Positions 48,762-60,455 of a DNA stretch of 64,000 nt are shown here, piece after piece; within the stretch, counting starts at the first letter, position 1, and the number at the start of each line of letters is the position of its first letter. Below the pieces are notes generated by a model, which was given only the letters and a program-made list of their open reading frames with translations, was not told the DNA's origin and did no database searches. Location: contig CAWAIF010000003.1 of the NCBI GenBank assembly GCA_963782055.1, positions 1,152,001 through 1,216,000 on the forward strand, written 5' to 3'. Source of the DNA: an uncultured delta proteobacterium (GTDB lineage: Bacteria; Myxococcota_A; Polyangia; Polyangiales; Polyangiaceae). A program made the position numbers and the translations under genes.

Positions 48762-49988
48762 TCAGAGTGGCTTGCGTACGCGGACAATCCTGCCCGTGTT
48801 TGCCTGCCCGGTGCCCTTGTCCGCCCAGTAGACGAAGTCCCCGTCATTCACCAGCGAGGTGGGGTTGGGCTGGTTGACCGCGAGGGTGACCGGCCCGGCC
48901 TTGCAGTCGGGGAGCTTGCACGCGCGGATGGTCCCGTCGGGCGCCGTGCCGGAGCCGCGGATGGCCCAGTAGACGTAGCTCGAATCGGCGGTGATCGCGG
49001 AGACCCCGTTCTCCTTGGTGGCCAGCACCGTGCCCGAGCCGCTGCACCCGCCCAGGTCGCAGCCCACGATGGCGCCGCTGCTCTTCTGGTTCACGAAGGC
49101 GGTCGCTCCGTTGGTCGCCACGTACTCCGCGCTGTCGAGCAGCAGCGTCCACGACGCCTTGCAGTCGCTCGCGGTGTCGCAGACGTACACGCCGCCCCCG
49201 TTGATGGCGATGTTGCCGTCGGTGATGAGGAAGTGCGTGTCGTCCACCGCCATGTGCAGGGGGAAGGTGAGCGTGGCGACGTGACCCAGGCTGGTCTCCG
49301 CCTTGGTGCCGCGGGTCACGCGGAACACCGCGCCGTCGGGCGGGTCGAGCCAGTAGAGGTTCGTGGCGTTGCCGACCATCTCGTCGTTGCGGAAGCCGGG
49401 CGAGTAGAAGGGCGCCGGCAGGGTCTGGCCGCACCCGGAGTCCGGGCAGGTGAAGATGGAGTAGCTCTGGTTGTCGTTGGTGTAGCCGGCCCAGTACACG
49501 TTCGTCGCGTCCGCCGAGATGTAGTACGGCGAGAGCCCCGGGTACTTCGGCAGGTTGACCGAATCGCCCACGTCGCCCGGCGTGCCCGGGCAGCCGGTGA
49601 CGGGGCAGCGCTGCACCTCCTGGTCAATCATCCAGAAGACGCTCGGCCCGGCGACCGACAGCGAGACGGGGTTGGCCGCCTTGTCGGCGATGACCATCGG
49701 CTGGCAGACGCCCGCGTTGCAGAGCCCCTTGCCGCCGCAGTCGTGGCCGCACGCGCCGCAGTCGGTGTCGCTGCTGAGGAGCGAGGTCTCGCACCCGGCC
49801 ACGTTGGGATCGCAGTCGGCCGTGCCGGCCGGGCAGGTGACGGGGACGTCGGGTGCGCCGGAGTCGGGCGTGCCGGAGTCGGGCGTACCGGAGTCCGGCT
49901 GCGAGCTGGCGTCCGGTCTGTCGGTGGGGGAGTCGGTCACGCACGCGGTGAGCAAGAGAGGCAGGGCAAGGCAGGCGAGGAGACGCAT
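48762..49988 (-). CDS. Cys-rich beta-propeller lipoprotein
   Basis: MRLLACLALPLLLTAC; PDSGT repeats; 'CGACGHDC'; 'ADATNVYW', 'ADSSYVYW', 'DGDFVYW'. Confidence 0.8.
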   Translation of the reverse strand: MRLLACLALPLLLTACVTDSPTDRPDASSQPDSGTPDSGTPDSGAPDVPVTCPAGTADCDPNVAGCETSLLSSDTDCGACGHDCGGKGLCNAGVCQPMVIADKAANPVSLSVAGPSVFWMIDQEVQRCPVTGCPGTPGDVGDSVNLPKYPGLSPYYISADATNVYWAGYTNDNQSYSIFTCPDSGCGQTLPAPFYSPGFRNDEMVGNATNLYWLDPPDGAVFRVTRGTKAETSLGHVATLTFPLHMAVDDTHFLITDGNIAINGGGVYVCDTASDCKASWTLLLDSAEYVATNGATAFVNQKSSGAIVGCDLGGCSGSGTVLATKENGVSAITADSSYVYWAIRGSGTAPDGTIRACKLPDCKAGPVTLAVNQPNPTSLVNDGDFVYWADKGTGQANTGRIVRVRKPL

Positions 49989-50032
49989 GGTGGGATCTCT
50001 CGCACGGCCGAAGCGCGCTGTCCATTCGACCG

Positions 50033-51199
50033 CTAGCGGTGGGACACGATGGACGGGCGCGGTGTGAGGCGGCAGGTGCGGTCCTTGTGGCCCGGCCGCG
50101 AGAGCACGCACGACGCGAGCACCCCCGAGTCGACGAGCGTCAGCAGGCCGCGCGCGTTGCCGCCGGGGGAGCTGACGTCGGCCCCGGGGCTCAGGGTGAT
50201 GGTGACGCCGCCGTGGAAGCCGTAGGTGTCCTTCGACGTGGTCTTGCCGTTCTTCATCGTGGAGGACGACGACATGCCGCCCGGCGCGTGCGCCTTGTGC
50301 GCGTCGTCGAGGAGGTCCTGCCCCACGCGCCACGTCCAGTGGGTGCCGTCGGAGAGCGCGACGTCGACGACGCTGGTCATGGTGGTGATGGTCCCGTCGG
50401 CGTCGAAGGCGGCGTACTCCTTCTCGGTCATGAACGGCACCGAAGGCACGAGCTGCACGCGGATGTGCCCCGTCGCGGCGTCGACGCCGGTGAAGCGGCC
50501 CTCCAGCTCGAGGGCGCGCGTCGGCGCGTTGGGCTTCGGGCCCCGGCAGGTGTCGTCGAAGTCGAGATCGAACTGGTTCCACTCCAGACCGGAGAGCGAG
50601 CTCGGCGCGAGACACGACGGCGAGGCGCCGGTGACGTGGAGCTGCCGCGTGAAGGGCGACCACTGCACCGTGAAGGTGTGGCTCGAGGGCGCGACGCCGC
50701 CGTGCCCGTCACGGAAGGCGAGGGTGGCATCGAAGGTCTGGTCCAGCGTGCCGGTGGCGAGCAGCGTCTTGAGCTGCGCCAGGGTGACGGTCCCCGGGCG
50801 CACCAGGTGGGCGTTGAAGTCGAAGAAACCCTGAAGGTGGATGACGCCCTTCTCCAGCGACGGCCCGGCCACGAGGGTGCCCACCCAGCGCAGCGCGCCG
50901 GTGGGGTCGATGAAGGCGACGACCCGGACGTTGTTGACCATCACGTGGCCGTCGGGCGACTCCTTGACCGGCATGGGCCCGAGGGCATGGTGACCCCGGA
51001 TCACCGTGTCGACGTCCACCGTGATGAGCGTGGTGTTGTTCGGCCCGGCGGCCTGGTGGACGCTGCCCAGCACCACGAGCGACGCGTTCTTCTGCAGCGT
51101 GGCGAAGTCGGTCTGCATCGGCGCCGCCCGGCCGGGCTGGGCGAGCGTCAGCGCCAGGAGCGCGACGGCGAGAAGGAGGAGACGGCGGGCGGCGGGCAT
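50033..51199 (-). CDS. Hypothetical exported protein
   Basis: Signal MPAARRLLLLAVALLALTLAQPGRA; GC3-biased frame. Confidence 0.7.
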   Translation of the reverse strand: MPAARRLLLLAVALLALTLAQPGRAAPMQTDFATLQKNASLVVLGSVHQAAGPNNTTLITVDVDTVIRGHHALGPMPVKESPDGHVMVNNVRVVAFIDPTGALRWVGTLVAGPSLEKGVIHLQGFFDFNAHLVRPGTVTLAQLKTLLATGTLDQTFDATLAFRDGHGGVAPSSHTFTVQWSPFTRQLHVTGASPSCLAPSSLSGLEWNQFDLDFDDTCRGPKPNAPTRALELEGRFTGVDAATGHIRVQLVPSVPFMTEKEYAAFDADGTITTMTSVVDVALSDGTHWTWRVGQDLLDDAHKAHAPGGMSSSSTMKNGKTTSKDTYGFHGGVTITLSPGADVSSPGGNARGLLTLVDSGVLASCVLSRPGHKDRTCRLTPRPSIVSHR

Positions 51200-51265
51200 A
51201 CCGGGGTTGTACGTTGGTCCCCGCGAAATGCTCTCCGCCGTGAGGGCCGCCAGATTCACTTTGCC

Positions 51266-51493
51266 GGGGAGGGTCCCCGCCCAATTGACTTGGGCGGGGA
51301 GGGGCGGCGCGTGCCGCCCCTGCGACCCGTCCTGAGAGGATGAGAGCGCCGGTAACATCCTCTGCGCCCGACGCGTAGCGGAGGGCCCGCGTGGGGAGGG
51401 TCCCCGCCCAATTGACTTGGGCGGGGAGGGGCGGCGCGTGCCGCCCCTGCGACCCGTCCTGAGAGGATGAGAGCGCAGCTCTCATCCTCTCAG
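51266..51493 (+). repeat. Repeat family B cluster (two modules, 127-bp period) ending in a 16-bp perfect hairpin
   Basis: GGGGAGGGTCCCCGCCCAATTGACTTGGGCGGGGAGGGGCGGCGCGTGCCGCCCC at 51266 and 51393; CTGAGAGGATGAGAGC-GCA-GCTCTCATCCTCTCAG at 51459-51493. Confidence 0.92.
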
Positions 51494-52659
51494 AGCCAGG
51501 ACTCGTGGTACCCCGCCACCTCGATGTTTTGGGCCTGCGCGGTCGGTACGAGCGGCACGAGCGTGTCGCACATCACGGCCAGTTCGTCGGTCCGCGTCGT
51601 GCCGATGCTCTTCTCGTACGCCCCCGGGTGCGGCCCGTGGCAGATGCCTGCAGGATGCAACGAAATGCACCCCGGCCCCACGCCCTTGCGGCTGGTGAAG
51701 TTGCCGCGCAGGTACAGGATGACCTCGTCGCAGTCGACGCTGGAGTGGGGGTACGGGCAGGGGATGGCGTTGGGGTGGTAGTCGACCAGCCGCGGCACGA
51801 AGGAGCACACCAGAAACCCCGGCCCGGCGAAGGTGGTGTGGATGGTCGGCGGCAGGTGAACCAGCCCGGTCTTCGGCTGGTACTTCTCGATGTTGAACGC
51901 CCAGGGGTAGACGAAGCCGTCCCACCCGACGACGTCCATCGGCGCGTGCTCCAGGGCGTAGTGCGAGAAGGCGCCGCCCTTCTTCACCAGCAGCGCGCGC
52001 GGCCCGTCCTGCACCTTGTCCGGCGTGGCGATGGGCCCCGCGGGGTGGACGAAGTCGCGATGCGTGTAGGGTGCATCCATCCGGAGCTGCCCGACGGGGT
52101 TGCGGAAGTCGTCGGGGACTCGCACGCCGCCGCTCGCCTCGAACACCATCGCCCGCAGCTCGCCGCCCACGACGTGCCAGCGGTGCGTCATGGACTTGGG
52201 GACCCACACGTAGTCACCGGCGCGCACGTCCAGCCAGCCGCAGGGCGACTCCACCCGCGCGTTGCCCTCGTGCACGTACCAGAGCTCGTCGCCGTCGCCG
52301 TTGGCGAAGTAGGCGTCGTCGGTCTGCGTGGCGCGCACCAGGTAGACGGTGACGTCCTTGTTGAAGAGCACCGGCACGCGCTTGTCGACGGCCTGCCCGC
52401 CCCCGCCCACCTTGTTGGAGTCGTAGAGGCGCCGCCGCAGCGGAGTGACGGACTCTTCGTCCGGCGTCGGGCGCGCGAAGCCGCGATGCGTCGGCGTCGG
52501 GCGCGAGGGGGTGATGGGGTTGCGATGGTAGAAGTAGCTGAAGGGCCCGGAGAAGCCGCCGCGGGTGAACATCTCCTCGTAGAAGAGCTTGCCCTCCGCG
52601 TCGCGGAGGGCGGTGTGCGGCTTGTCGGGGAGGATCCCCGCGTGGCGGCGCTCGATCAT
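51490..52659 (-). CDS. hmgA: Homogentisate 1,2-dioxygenase
   Basis: 'NGDGDEL', 'DVVGWDG', 'HLPPTIH', 'PYPHSSVDCDEV', 'HPAGICHGPHPG', 'ELAVMCDT'. Confidence 0.92.
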   Translation of the reverse strand: MIERRHAGILPDKPHTALRDAEGKLFYEEMFTRGGFSGPFSYFYHRNPITPSRPTPTHRGFARPTPDEESVTPLRRRLYDSNKVGGGGQAVDKRVPVLFNKDVTVYLVRATQTDDAYFANGDGDELWYVHEGNARVESPCGWLDVRAGDYVWVPKSMTHRWHVVGGELRAMVFEASGGVRVPDDFRNPVGQLRMDAPYTHRDFVHPAGPIATPDKVQDGPRALLVKKGGAFSHYALEHAPMDVVGWDGFVYPWAFNIEKYQPKTGLVHLPPTIHTTFAGPGFLVCSFVPRLVDYHPNAIPCPYPHSSVDCDEVILYLRGNFTSRKGVGPGCISLHPAGICHGPHPGAYEKSIGTTRTDELAVMCDTLVPLVPTAQAQNIEVAGYHESWL

Positions 52660-53810
52660 TTCGCCTTCGCCGCGGCCTTCTGCGCGCGCTCGATGCTCTC
52701 GAACAGGGCCCGGAAGTTGCCGTAGCCGAAGCCCTTGTCCCCGGCGCGCTGGATGATCTCGTAGAAGAAGGGCCCCGCGCGCGAGTCGTCGTAGAGGCTG
52801 GCGGCCTCGCGCATGAAGATCTGCAGCATGTACTTGTCCTCCTGGCCGTCGACCAGGATCTGCAGGCGCTCGAGCTCCGCGAGCTCCTCCTTCACGTTGG
52901 TGATGCCGAGCTTCTCCAGGCGCCCGGGGAGGTCGCGGAAGTAGGAGGGCGGCGTCGTCATGAACTCCACGCCGCGCTTCTTCAGGTCCTCCACCGTGGG
53001 GATGATCCGGGGCACGCCGAAGGCGATGTGCTGGATGCCGTTGCCGCGGTTGTCCTCCACGAACTTCCAGATCTGCGACTCGCGGAAGGCGGGGCGCATC
53101 GGCTCGTTGGTGGCGAACTTCACCTCGCTCTCCGGGTCCCACATCACGATGGACTTGAGGCCGGAGCCGCCGAGCGTCTTGCTCACGTCCTGGGTGTGGA
53201 ACTTGATCTCCCAGAACTGCTCGAAGCCGAGCACGTCGCGGTACCAGGAGACGATGGGCTCCATCGTCAGGCCGTTGGAGGTCACGTGGTCGACCGCGGC
53301 GATGCCGTAGCGGTTCTCCGGGCGGCCGCCGTGGCCGACACCCGAGTCCACGAAGCCAGGCGCGAAGGCGCGGAAGTCGGTGCGCTCGATGAAGCGGAAG
53401 GCCACGTCGTCGAGCGGCGTCGCGATCTCGAAGCTGCGGTAGGTGCCCCCGCGCTCGTCCTTCTGCTCCAGCGGCTCGGAGAGCACGGTGCCGTTGCGCT
53501 TCTCCAGGAAGGCGAGGGTGTGGTCCAGGCTCTTCACGCGGAAGCTGAGGCTCATCACCCCCGCCGGGTGGCGCTTGAGGTAGCGCGCCGCCTTCGAGCC
53601 CTGGTTGAGCGGCGTGGAGACGCACACCCGCACGTCGCCGGCCCCGTAGACCGTGGACTGCTGGCCGCTCCGCGCCACGAGGTCGTCGCCCGCGCGCGCG
53701 ACCTCCTTGAAGTCCATCACCTCGGTGTAGAACTTCCGCGACCGCTCGAAGTTCTCCACGACGAAGTGATAGGAGTCGAAGCCCAGAAGCCCGATCGTCT
53801 CGCCTGCCAT
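52656..53810 (-). CDS. hppD: 4-hydroxyphenylpyruvate dioxygenase
   Basis: 'VDHVT', 'SGLKSIV', 'NEP', 'GIQHIAF', 'LQIF', 'FFYEIIQR..GFGYGNFRALFESIE'. Confidence 0.93.
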   Translation of the reverse strand: MAGETIGLLGFDSYHFVVENFERSRKFYTEVMDFKEVARAGDDLVARSGQQSTVYGAGDVRVCVSTPLNQGSKAARYLKRHPAGVMSLSFRVKSLDHTLAFLEKRNGTVLSEPLEQKDERGGTYRSFEIATPLDDVAFRFIERTDFRAFAPGFVDSGVGHGGRPENRYGIAAVDHVTSNGLTMEPIVSWYRDVLGFEQFWEIKFHTQDVSKTLGGSGLKSIVMWDPESEVKFATNEPMRPAFRESQIWKFVEDNRGNGIQHIAFGVPRIIPTVEDLKKRGVEFMTTPPSYFRDLPGRLEKLGITNVKEELAELERLQILVDGQEDKYMLQIFMREAASLYDDSRAGPFFYEIIQRAGDKGFGYGNFRALFESIERAQKAAAKAK

Positions 53811-53886
53811 GGGCGGAGCTTGCCACAAGCGACCTCACCCCCCAAGCCCTCACCCCCTGCCCGTGCCCGTGCCCCCGCCCGCGTGA

Positions 53887-55674
<1,788 letters not shown>

Positions 55675-55714
55675 TCGCGGGGGCCGCGCGCGCCTCCCGG
55701 GACCTCGGGCCTCT

Positions 55715-56902
55715 TCAGAACGTCACGCGCAGCCCGGCCGTGCGCGCGGCCGGGAGCGGGGCAGGCACCACCGCGCCCGTCGGCGCGACATCCGCCCGGT
55801 CCGGCGCGTTGGTCAGGCCGAGCGCCAGACCCACCCCGAGGGATGTGCCGGAGGCGATGGTGGTGACCAGGCCCGCGGTGAGGATGTCGCCGGCGCTGGA
55901 GCTCTTGTCCACCAGGCCGACGACCAGGATGGGGACGCCGACGAGCAGACCTATGAACCCCAGGGCTCCGAGCACCCCGCCCAGCACGTTGAGGGCCGCC
56001 ACCCCCTTGCCGGCGTGCGGGCGGACGGTGAGCACCAGGCCCGCGGGGAAGAGCATGCCACCCGGGACCTCCACCGCGCGCTCCGCCCCGCCGCGCTTGC
56101 GCACCATGACGAGACCGGCGGGGTCGGTGAGCCACTTCTCGCACGGCATGGTGCACACCAGGCCGCCCGAAGCGTCGCGCAGCGTCCACACGTCGCCGGC
56201 CTTCGCCTCGGGGGCGACCGGCGTGACGAACTTGTAGAGTACACCGAACTTGCGCGCCCGCTCCGCCTCCCCGCTCGTCGCCTTGCCGCTCACCACGCCG
56301 CCCGGCACGCTCCGCGTCTCGGTGTCCGCGGGGATCTCCAGCTCCAGCGTCTTGGCGTCGCGCTCGGCGAGCGTCACCTTCCGGGTCACGACCTGACCCC
56401 TCGGCGTCTTCGCCACCACCGTGTGCTCGCCGGGGTCGAGCCGGCGCGCGATGCCGAGCAGGGAGGAGGGCATGGGCTCGCCGTCGAGGGTCAGCGTGAC
56501 GCCGTCGACCGCGCCCGCGGCGGTGATCGTGAGGGTGGGCACGCGCGCGTGAAGGTCGGTGGCGAGCTTCTGCGCCTCGGCGCGCGCCGCCCTCGAGTGC
56601 GCGGACTCCTTGCTGCTCGCCGGGATGCGACGGACCGCGTTCGCCGTCTCCTCCGCCTCCGCCAGCTCGCCCTTCATGGCCAGCGTGCGGGCGAGCTCCA
56701 GCGACGATGGCGGCGTGTCGTAGAGATCGTGCGCGGCGCGGAGCTTGACCAGCGCCTCGTCCACCTTGCCCTGATCGCGCAGGCGCAGTCCCTCCCGGAA
56801 GAGGTCGCGCGCGGTGGCCACGTCCGCCGCGCTCTGCGCGAGGGCGGGCGTCGCGGCGGCGGCGATGGCAACGGCGACGAGGGCGACGGGGGCGCGGCGC
56901 AT
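55715..56902 (-). CDS. TPR + PEGA domain exported protein
   Basis: Signal; 'ARDLFREGLRL', 'VTLTLDGEP', 'LDPGEHTV'; terminal 'GLRVTF'. Confidence 0.8.
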   Translation of the reverse strand: MRRAPVALVAVAIAAAATPALAQSAADVATARDLFREGLRLRDQGKVDEALVKLRAAHDLYDTPPSSLELARTLAMKGELAEAEETANAVRRIPASSKESAHSRAARAEAQKLATDLHARVPTLTITAAGAVDGVTLTLDGEPMPSSLLGIARRLDPGEHTVVAKTPRGQVVTRKVTLAERDAKTLELEIPADTETRSVPGGVVSGKATSGEAERARKFGVLYKFVTPVAPEAKAGDVWTLRDASGGLVCTMPCEKWLTDPAGLVMVRKRGGAERAVEVPGGMLFPAGLVLTVRPHAGKGVAALNVLGGVLGALGFIGLLVGVPILVVGLVDKSSSAGDILTAGLVTTIASGTSLGVGLALGLTNAPDRADVAPTGAVVPAPLPAARTAGLRVTF

Positions 56903-56915
56903 CGTGGGTCGGAGC

Positions 56916-58265
56916 TCAGTCGATGGAGGTGCGGTCGAAGGAGGCGGCGGGGGCTGTCTTCGGCGGGTGGGTCGGCGAGGGCTTCGCGGTCGGGTGTACG
57001 GCGGGGGGCGGCGGGACCTTCCCTCGAGGCGCCGCCGTCGCGTGGGGTCCCGGCGCGGGCGGCGGGGCAGTCGAGGCCGCGGCCGACGCGCTCGGCGCGA
57101 CCACAGGCGTCAGCGGCGCGAGCGGAGGTGACGCCGCCGTCTCGCTCACCACGGGCGCGGGGTCGGGCGGCGCGGCGGGCGAGGGGACGGGGTGCGAGCG
57201 CATCAGCACCACCAGCAGGATGACGCCCGCGCCGGCGACGGCCGCGATGAGCGCGATGAGCACGGCGATGGCCGCGTTGCTCCGCCGCGCGGCCCTCGTC
57301 GACGGGCCCGGACCGACGCTCGTCGGCGCGTTCGTGGTGGACCCCAGCTTCCCGACTGGTGGCAGCTCGGCGGAGGGCACGCTCGGCGCCGTCGCCGCGA
57401 GGGCGAGCGGCACGCCCCCGAGCGTCACCGCCTCGAAGGACTCGGCGAGCTCGCGCGCCGTCGCGAAGCGGTCCTCCGCCCGCCGCGCGCACGCCCTGGC
57501 GAACCACCTGTCGACCGCGGGGGACAGGCGGGGGCTCGACGCGGAGGGGACCGGCATGGGCGCCGAGCAGATCGCCACGGCCAGCGCGCCGACCGTCTCG
57601 CCCTGGAAGGGCTTGCGCCCGGTGAGCATCTCGAAGGCCATGACGCCGACGGCCCAGAGATCGGCGCGCAGGTCCACGCTCCGCGAGCCGAGCGCCTGCT
57701 CCGGGCTCATGTAGTACGGCGTGCCCATGATCGCGCCGGTGCTCGTCGTATCCAGGCCGCCCTGCAGCTCCCCGCTCGCCTTGGCGATGCCGAAGTCCAG
57801 CAGCTTCACGAACGCCTCGCCCCCGCCCACATGGCAGAGAAAGACGTTGTTGGGCTTGATGTCGCGGTGGACGATCCCCCGCTCGTGCGCCCGCGCCAGC
57901 GCCTTGCACACCTGCCCGATGACCATGGCGGCGTCCCCGGGCGGGACCGGTCCGCGGGTGAGGCGCGCGGCGAGGTCCTCCCCCTCCAGCAGCTCCATCA
58001 CGATGAAGGGGACGCCGTCGGGGGTGACGCCGTGGTCGAAGATCTGCACGACGTGCGGGCTCTTCACGTTGGCGGCCGCGGCGGCCTCGCGGGAGAAGCG
58101 CGCCTTGCTGTCCGCGTCGCCCGCGAGGTCGGGACGCATCAGCTTGACGACGACCTCGGTCCGTAGCGTCAGGTGCTCCGCCACCCACACGCTGCCCATT
58201 CCGCCCGCGCCGAGCGGCCGGAGCAGCCGGATGGTCGGGGTGATCATCGCCCCTTCGGAGAGCAC
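56916..58265 (-). CDS. Ser/Thr protein kinase with TM helix and Pro-rich tail
   Basis: 'LGAGGMGSVW', 'HRDIKPNN', 'DFG', 'GTPYYMSPEQ'; start approximate (GTG 58265). Confidence 0.92.
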   Translation of the reverse strand: MLSEGAMITPTIRLLRPLGAGGMGSVWVAEHLTLRTEVVVKLMRPDLAGDADSKARFSREAAAAANVKSPHVVQIFDHGVTPDGVPFIVMELLEGEDLAARLTRGPVPPGDAAMVIGQVCKALARAHERGIVHRDIKPNNVFLCHVGGGEAFVKLLDFGIAKASGELQGGLDTTSTGAIMGTPYYMSPEQALGSRSVDLRADLWAVGVMAFEMLTGRKPFQGETVGALAVAICSAPMPVPSASSPRLSPAVDRWFARACARRAEDRFATARELAESFEAVTLGGVPLALAATAPSVPSAELPPVGKLGSTTNAPTSVGPGPSTRAARRSNAAIAVLIALIAAVAGAGVILLVVLMRSHPVPSPAAPPDPAPVVSETAASPPLAPLTPVVAPSASAAASTAPPPAPGPHATAAPRGKVPPPPAVHPTAKPSPTHPPKTAPAASFDRTSID

Positions 58266-58362
58266 GGCGCGAAGGTAGCACACGGCCACGGCAGCCGCCG
58301 CCGCCCCGGCGCGCGCAGGACGGCATGGTCGTCGGCGTCGAGAGGCGCTATAGGGCTGCGCC

Positions 58363-59040
58363 ATGCGCGTTCGCCGGCCGGTCGTCCGTTCCTTCAAAGA
58401 GCAGTTCGTGCGTGAGTGCGCGGCCTGGGTTCGCTCGGGCGGTCACGCCGTTCTCTGGGCCTCCCCCCGTCGCGCGCGGCTGGTCGTCCCGCCGCCGGAC
58501 GAGGCCAACGACGCGGACCTCGGCCTCTGGTCGATGATGGACCTCGGCAAGTCCACGTGGAACGTGGACCACCGCGGCACGCTGCGCGGCCTGGCCGTCA
58601 CGCCCGTCCCGCGCGATTGCCTGGACGTGGTGCGCATGCGCGCCGAGCGCGACTCCGTCCACCGCGGCCCCTTCCGCACCATCGAGCTGGACTGCCTGGA
58701 GTGCGGCGCGTGCTGCCGGTCGAACGAGGTGGTGCTCGAGAAGGCCGACCTCCGCCGCTTCGACGAGGCCGGTCGTCCGGAGCTGTATCGACCGCCCTAC
58801 GCCATCCGCAAGCGCGACGGCCGCGTCATCCTGCGCCTGAAGAAGGACGGTCGCTGCAAGCACCTGGGCGAGGACAACATGTGTGCAGTCTACACATTCC
58901 GCCCCGAGGCCTGCCGCGAGTTCCCCGCCGGGAGCGAGTGCTGCCTCTGGGCCCGTTACGAGGAGCTGGACCTCATGGACGGCGCTCCGCCCAGTCGGGG
59001 CGGCGGCAAGGGCCGCCCCTCCCCGCCGGGTAGCTCGTAG
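58363..59040 (+). CDS. YkgJ-family cysteine-cluster protein with N-terminal extension
   Basis: 'DCLECGACC', 'GRCKHL..NMCAVYTFRPEACREF....CC'. Confidence 0.8.
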   Translation: MRVRRPVVRSFKEQFVRECAAWVRSGGHAVLWASPRRARLVVPPPDEANDADLGLWSMMDLGKSTWNVDHRGTLRGLAVTPVPRDCLDVVRMRAERDSVHRGPFRTIELDCLECGACCRSNEVVLEKADLRRFDEAGRPELYRPPYAIRKRDGRVILRLKKDGRCKHLGEDNMCAVYTFRPEACREFPAGSECCLWARYEELDLMDGAPPSRGGGKGRPSPPGSS

Positions 59041-59043
59041 GCC

Positions 59044-59610
59044 TCACTGAGGGGCGCAGAGGAAGCGGTCGTCGATGTACGCCGACGTGTAGCGCGCCAC
59101 GACGCGCGCGGCGTCACGCATGCGCGAGCCGGACGCGAACGAGCCGGTCACCTTCGCCTTGGTGCGGATCTCGTCATAGAGCTTCTGGCCGGAGGCGTCG
59201 TAGATGTCGACCGTGATCTGCGCCTCGGCCGGCTTGGACACGATGACCGCCTCGAACCCGGGCTCCCAGTGCGTGAAGGAGGCGCGCATCAAGAACACGT
59301 TCGGCCCGGCGGCGGGCGCCGGGACGACGAGCGACGGGTGGCGCTGGGCGAGCTCGTCGCGGAAGATGGAGCTGAAGGCCGCCTTGTCCTGCTGGTAGCT
59401 CGCCTGCTGCTCCGGCGACTTGTCGGCGGCGTATCGCGCGTCCGGCTCGTCCCCGACGATGAGCTTGTTCGTCGCGACGTCGGCCACGGCGAGCCGGCAC
59501 TGGGCGTGGACGAACGGGTTGGGCACGGCCTCACGGACGACGACGTACGGCTTGCTGCATGCCACGGCGAAGGAGGCGGCGGCGATGGCCACGGCGAGCT
59601 GGGTCTTCAT
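59044..59610 (-). CDS. Hypothetical lipoprotein
   Basis: MKTQLAVAIAAASFAVAC lipobox. Confidence 0.7.
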   Translation of the reverse strand: MKTQLAVAIAAASFAVACSKPYVVVREAVPNPFVHAQCRLAVADVATNKLIVGDEPDARYAADKSPEQQASYQQDKAAFSSIFRDELAQRHPSLVVPAPAAGPNVFLMRASFTHWEPGFEAVIVSKPAEAQITVDIYDASGQKLYDEIRTKAKVTGSFASGSRMRDAARVVARYTSAYIDDRFLCAPQ

Positions 59611-59624
59611 GGTCCCGGAGGGTA

Positions 59625-60371
59625 TCAGGGACTGCGGGCGATCGCGTGGCCAACGAAGAAGGGCCCCATCTGCACGATGTACTCGGAGGTTTGCCGCGTC
59701 TTTCGCATGGCCTGCACCAGGTGCGAGAGGGGGTGCAGCTCGGCGCCGACGAGGCCGAGGACGAACTCGTTGTCGCGGGCGTCCAGCCCGTGGCAGGCCA
59801 GGCGCACGTCGTGGGCGAGGTCCTGCTGGCCGTAGGCGTGGCCGATCACCGCGTGCTCGCGCATCATGTCGGCGACGGCCGTCGGCTCCAGCCGGGAGAA
59901 GGCGCCGCTGCGCCGGAGCGGGTACCAGACGTGCCAGGGCCAGCGCTCGTCCAGCACGTTCTGGACCGGGCGCTCCAGCAGCCAGTGCAGCAGGTTCGGC
60001 TCGTGGCCCGTCGCGTACGTGCGGCCGACCATGCCGAAGTCCGGCCGCAGCACCGCCCGCGCCAGGATGCCGGAGAAGAGCGGGCGCACGTCCCGCACGA
60101 AGCACGCCGGGTCCTCGCCCCAGGTGAGCAGGCCCATCCCGCGCGGGCCCATGGTGTCGGCGTAGACGACGCCGCCCAGCCCGCGCTCGCGCATCGCAGC
60201 GGAGAGCTCCCGCGGCTTGTCCGCCACCTCCTCCGCGGGCAGGTCGAAGACCAGCAGCTGCATGAAGAGGCGACGGTTGGCGCTCTGCCGCTCGCCGTCC
60301 TTCTTGCCGCCGTACTCGTTGACGTCGATCGTCGGGAGCCCGGAGGTCTTGGCCTCGGTGTCTTGGCTCAT
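59625..60371 (-). CDS. Chlorite dismutase family protein (coproheme decarboxylase HemQ/ChdC-like)
   Basis: 'WYPLRRSGAF', 'MMREHAVIG', 'HGLDARDNEFV', 'MRKTRQTSEY...GPFFVG'. Confidence 0.8.
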   Translation of the reverse strand: MSQDTEAKTSGLPTIDVNEYGGKKDGERQSANRRLFMQLLVFDLPAEEVADKPRELSAAMRERGLGGVVYADTMGPRGMGLLTWGEDPACFVRDVRPLFSGILARAVLRPDFGMVGRTYATGHEPNLLHWLLERPVQNVLDERWPWHVWYPLRRSGAFSRLEPTAVADMMREHAVIGHAYGQQDLAHDVRLACHGLDARDNEFVLGLVGAELHPLSHLVQAMRKTRQTSEYIVQMGPFFVGHAIARSP

Positions 60372-60455
60372 GGGCGCGCAGCATACCGAGTCGCGGCGCC
60401 GAGCGCACGCGCCACTCCAGGTGGCCCGCATGCAGCCGGGGAGTAAGCTTCACGG

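Noticed and set aside
53833..53883. Short CCCTCACCCCC / CCCGTG repeats as a regulatory element
   Set aside because: Too short and low-complexity to assign a function
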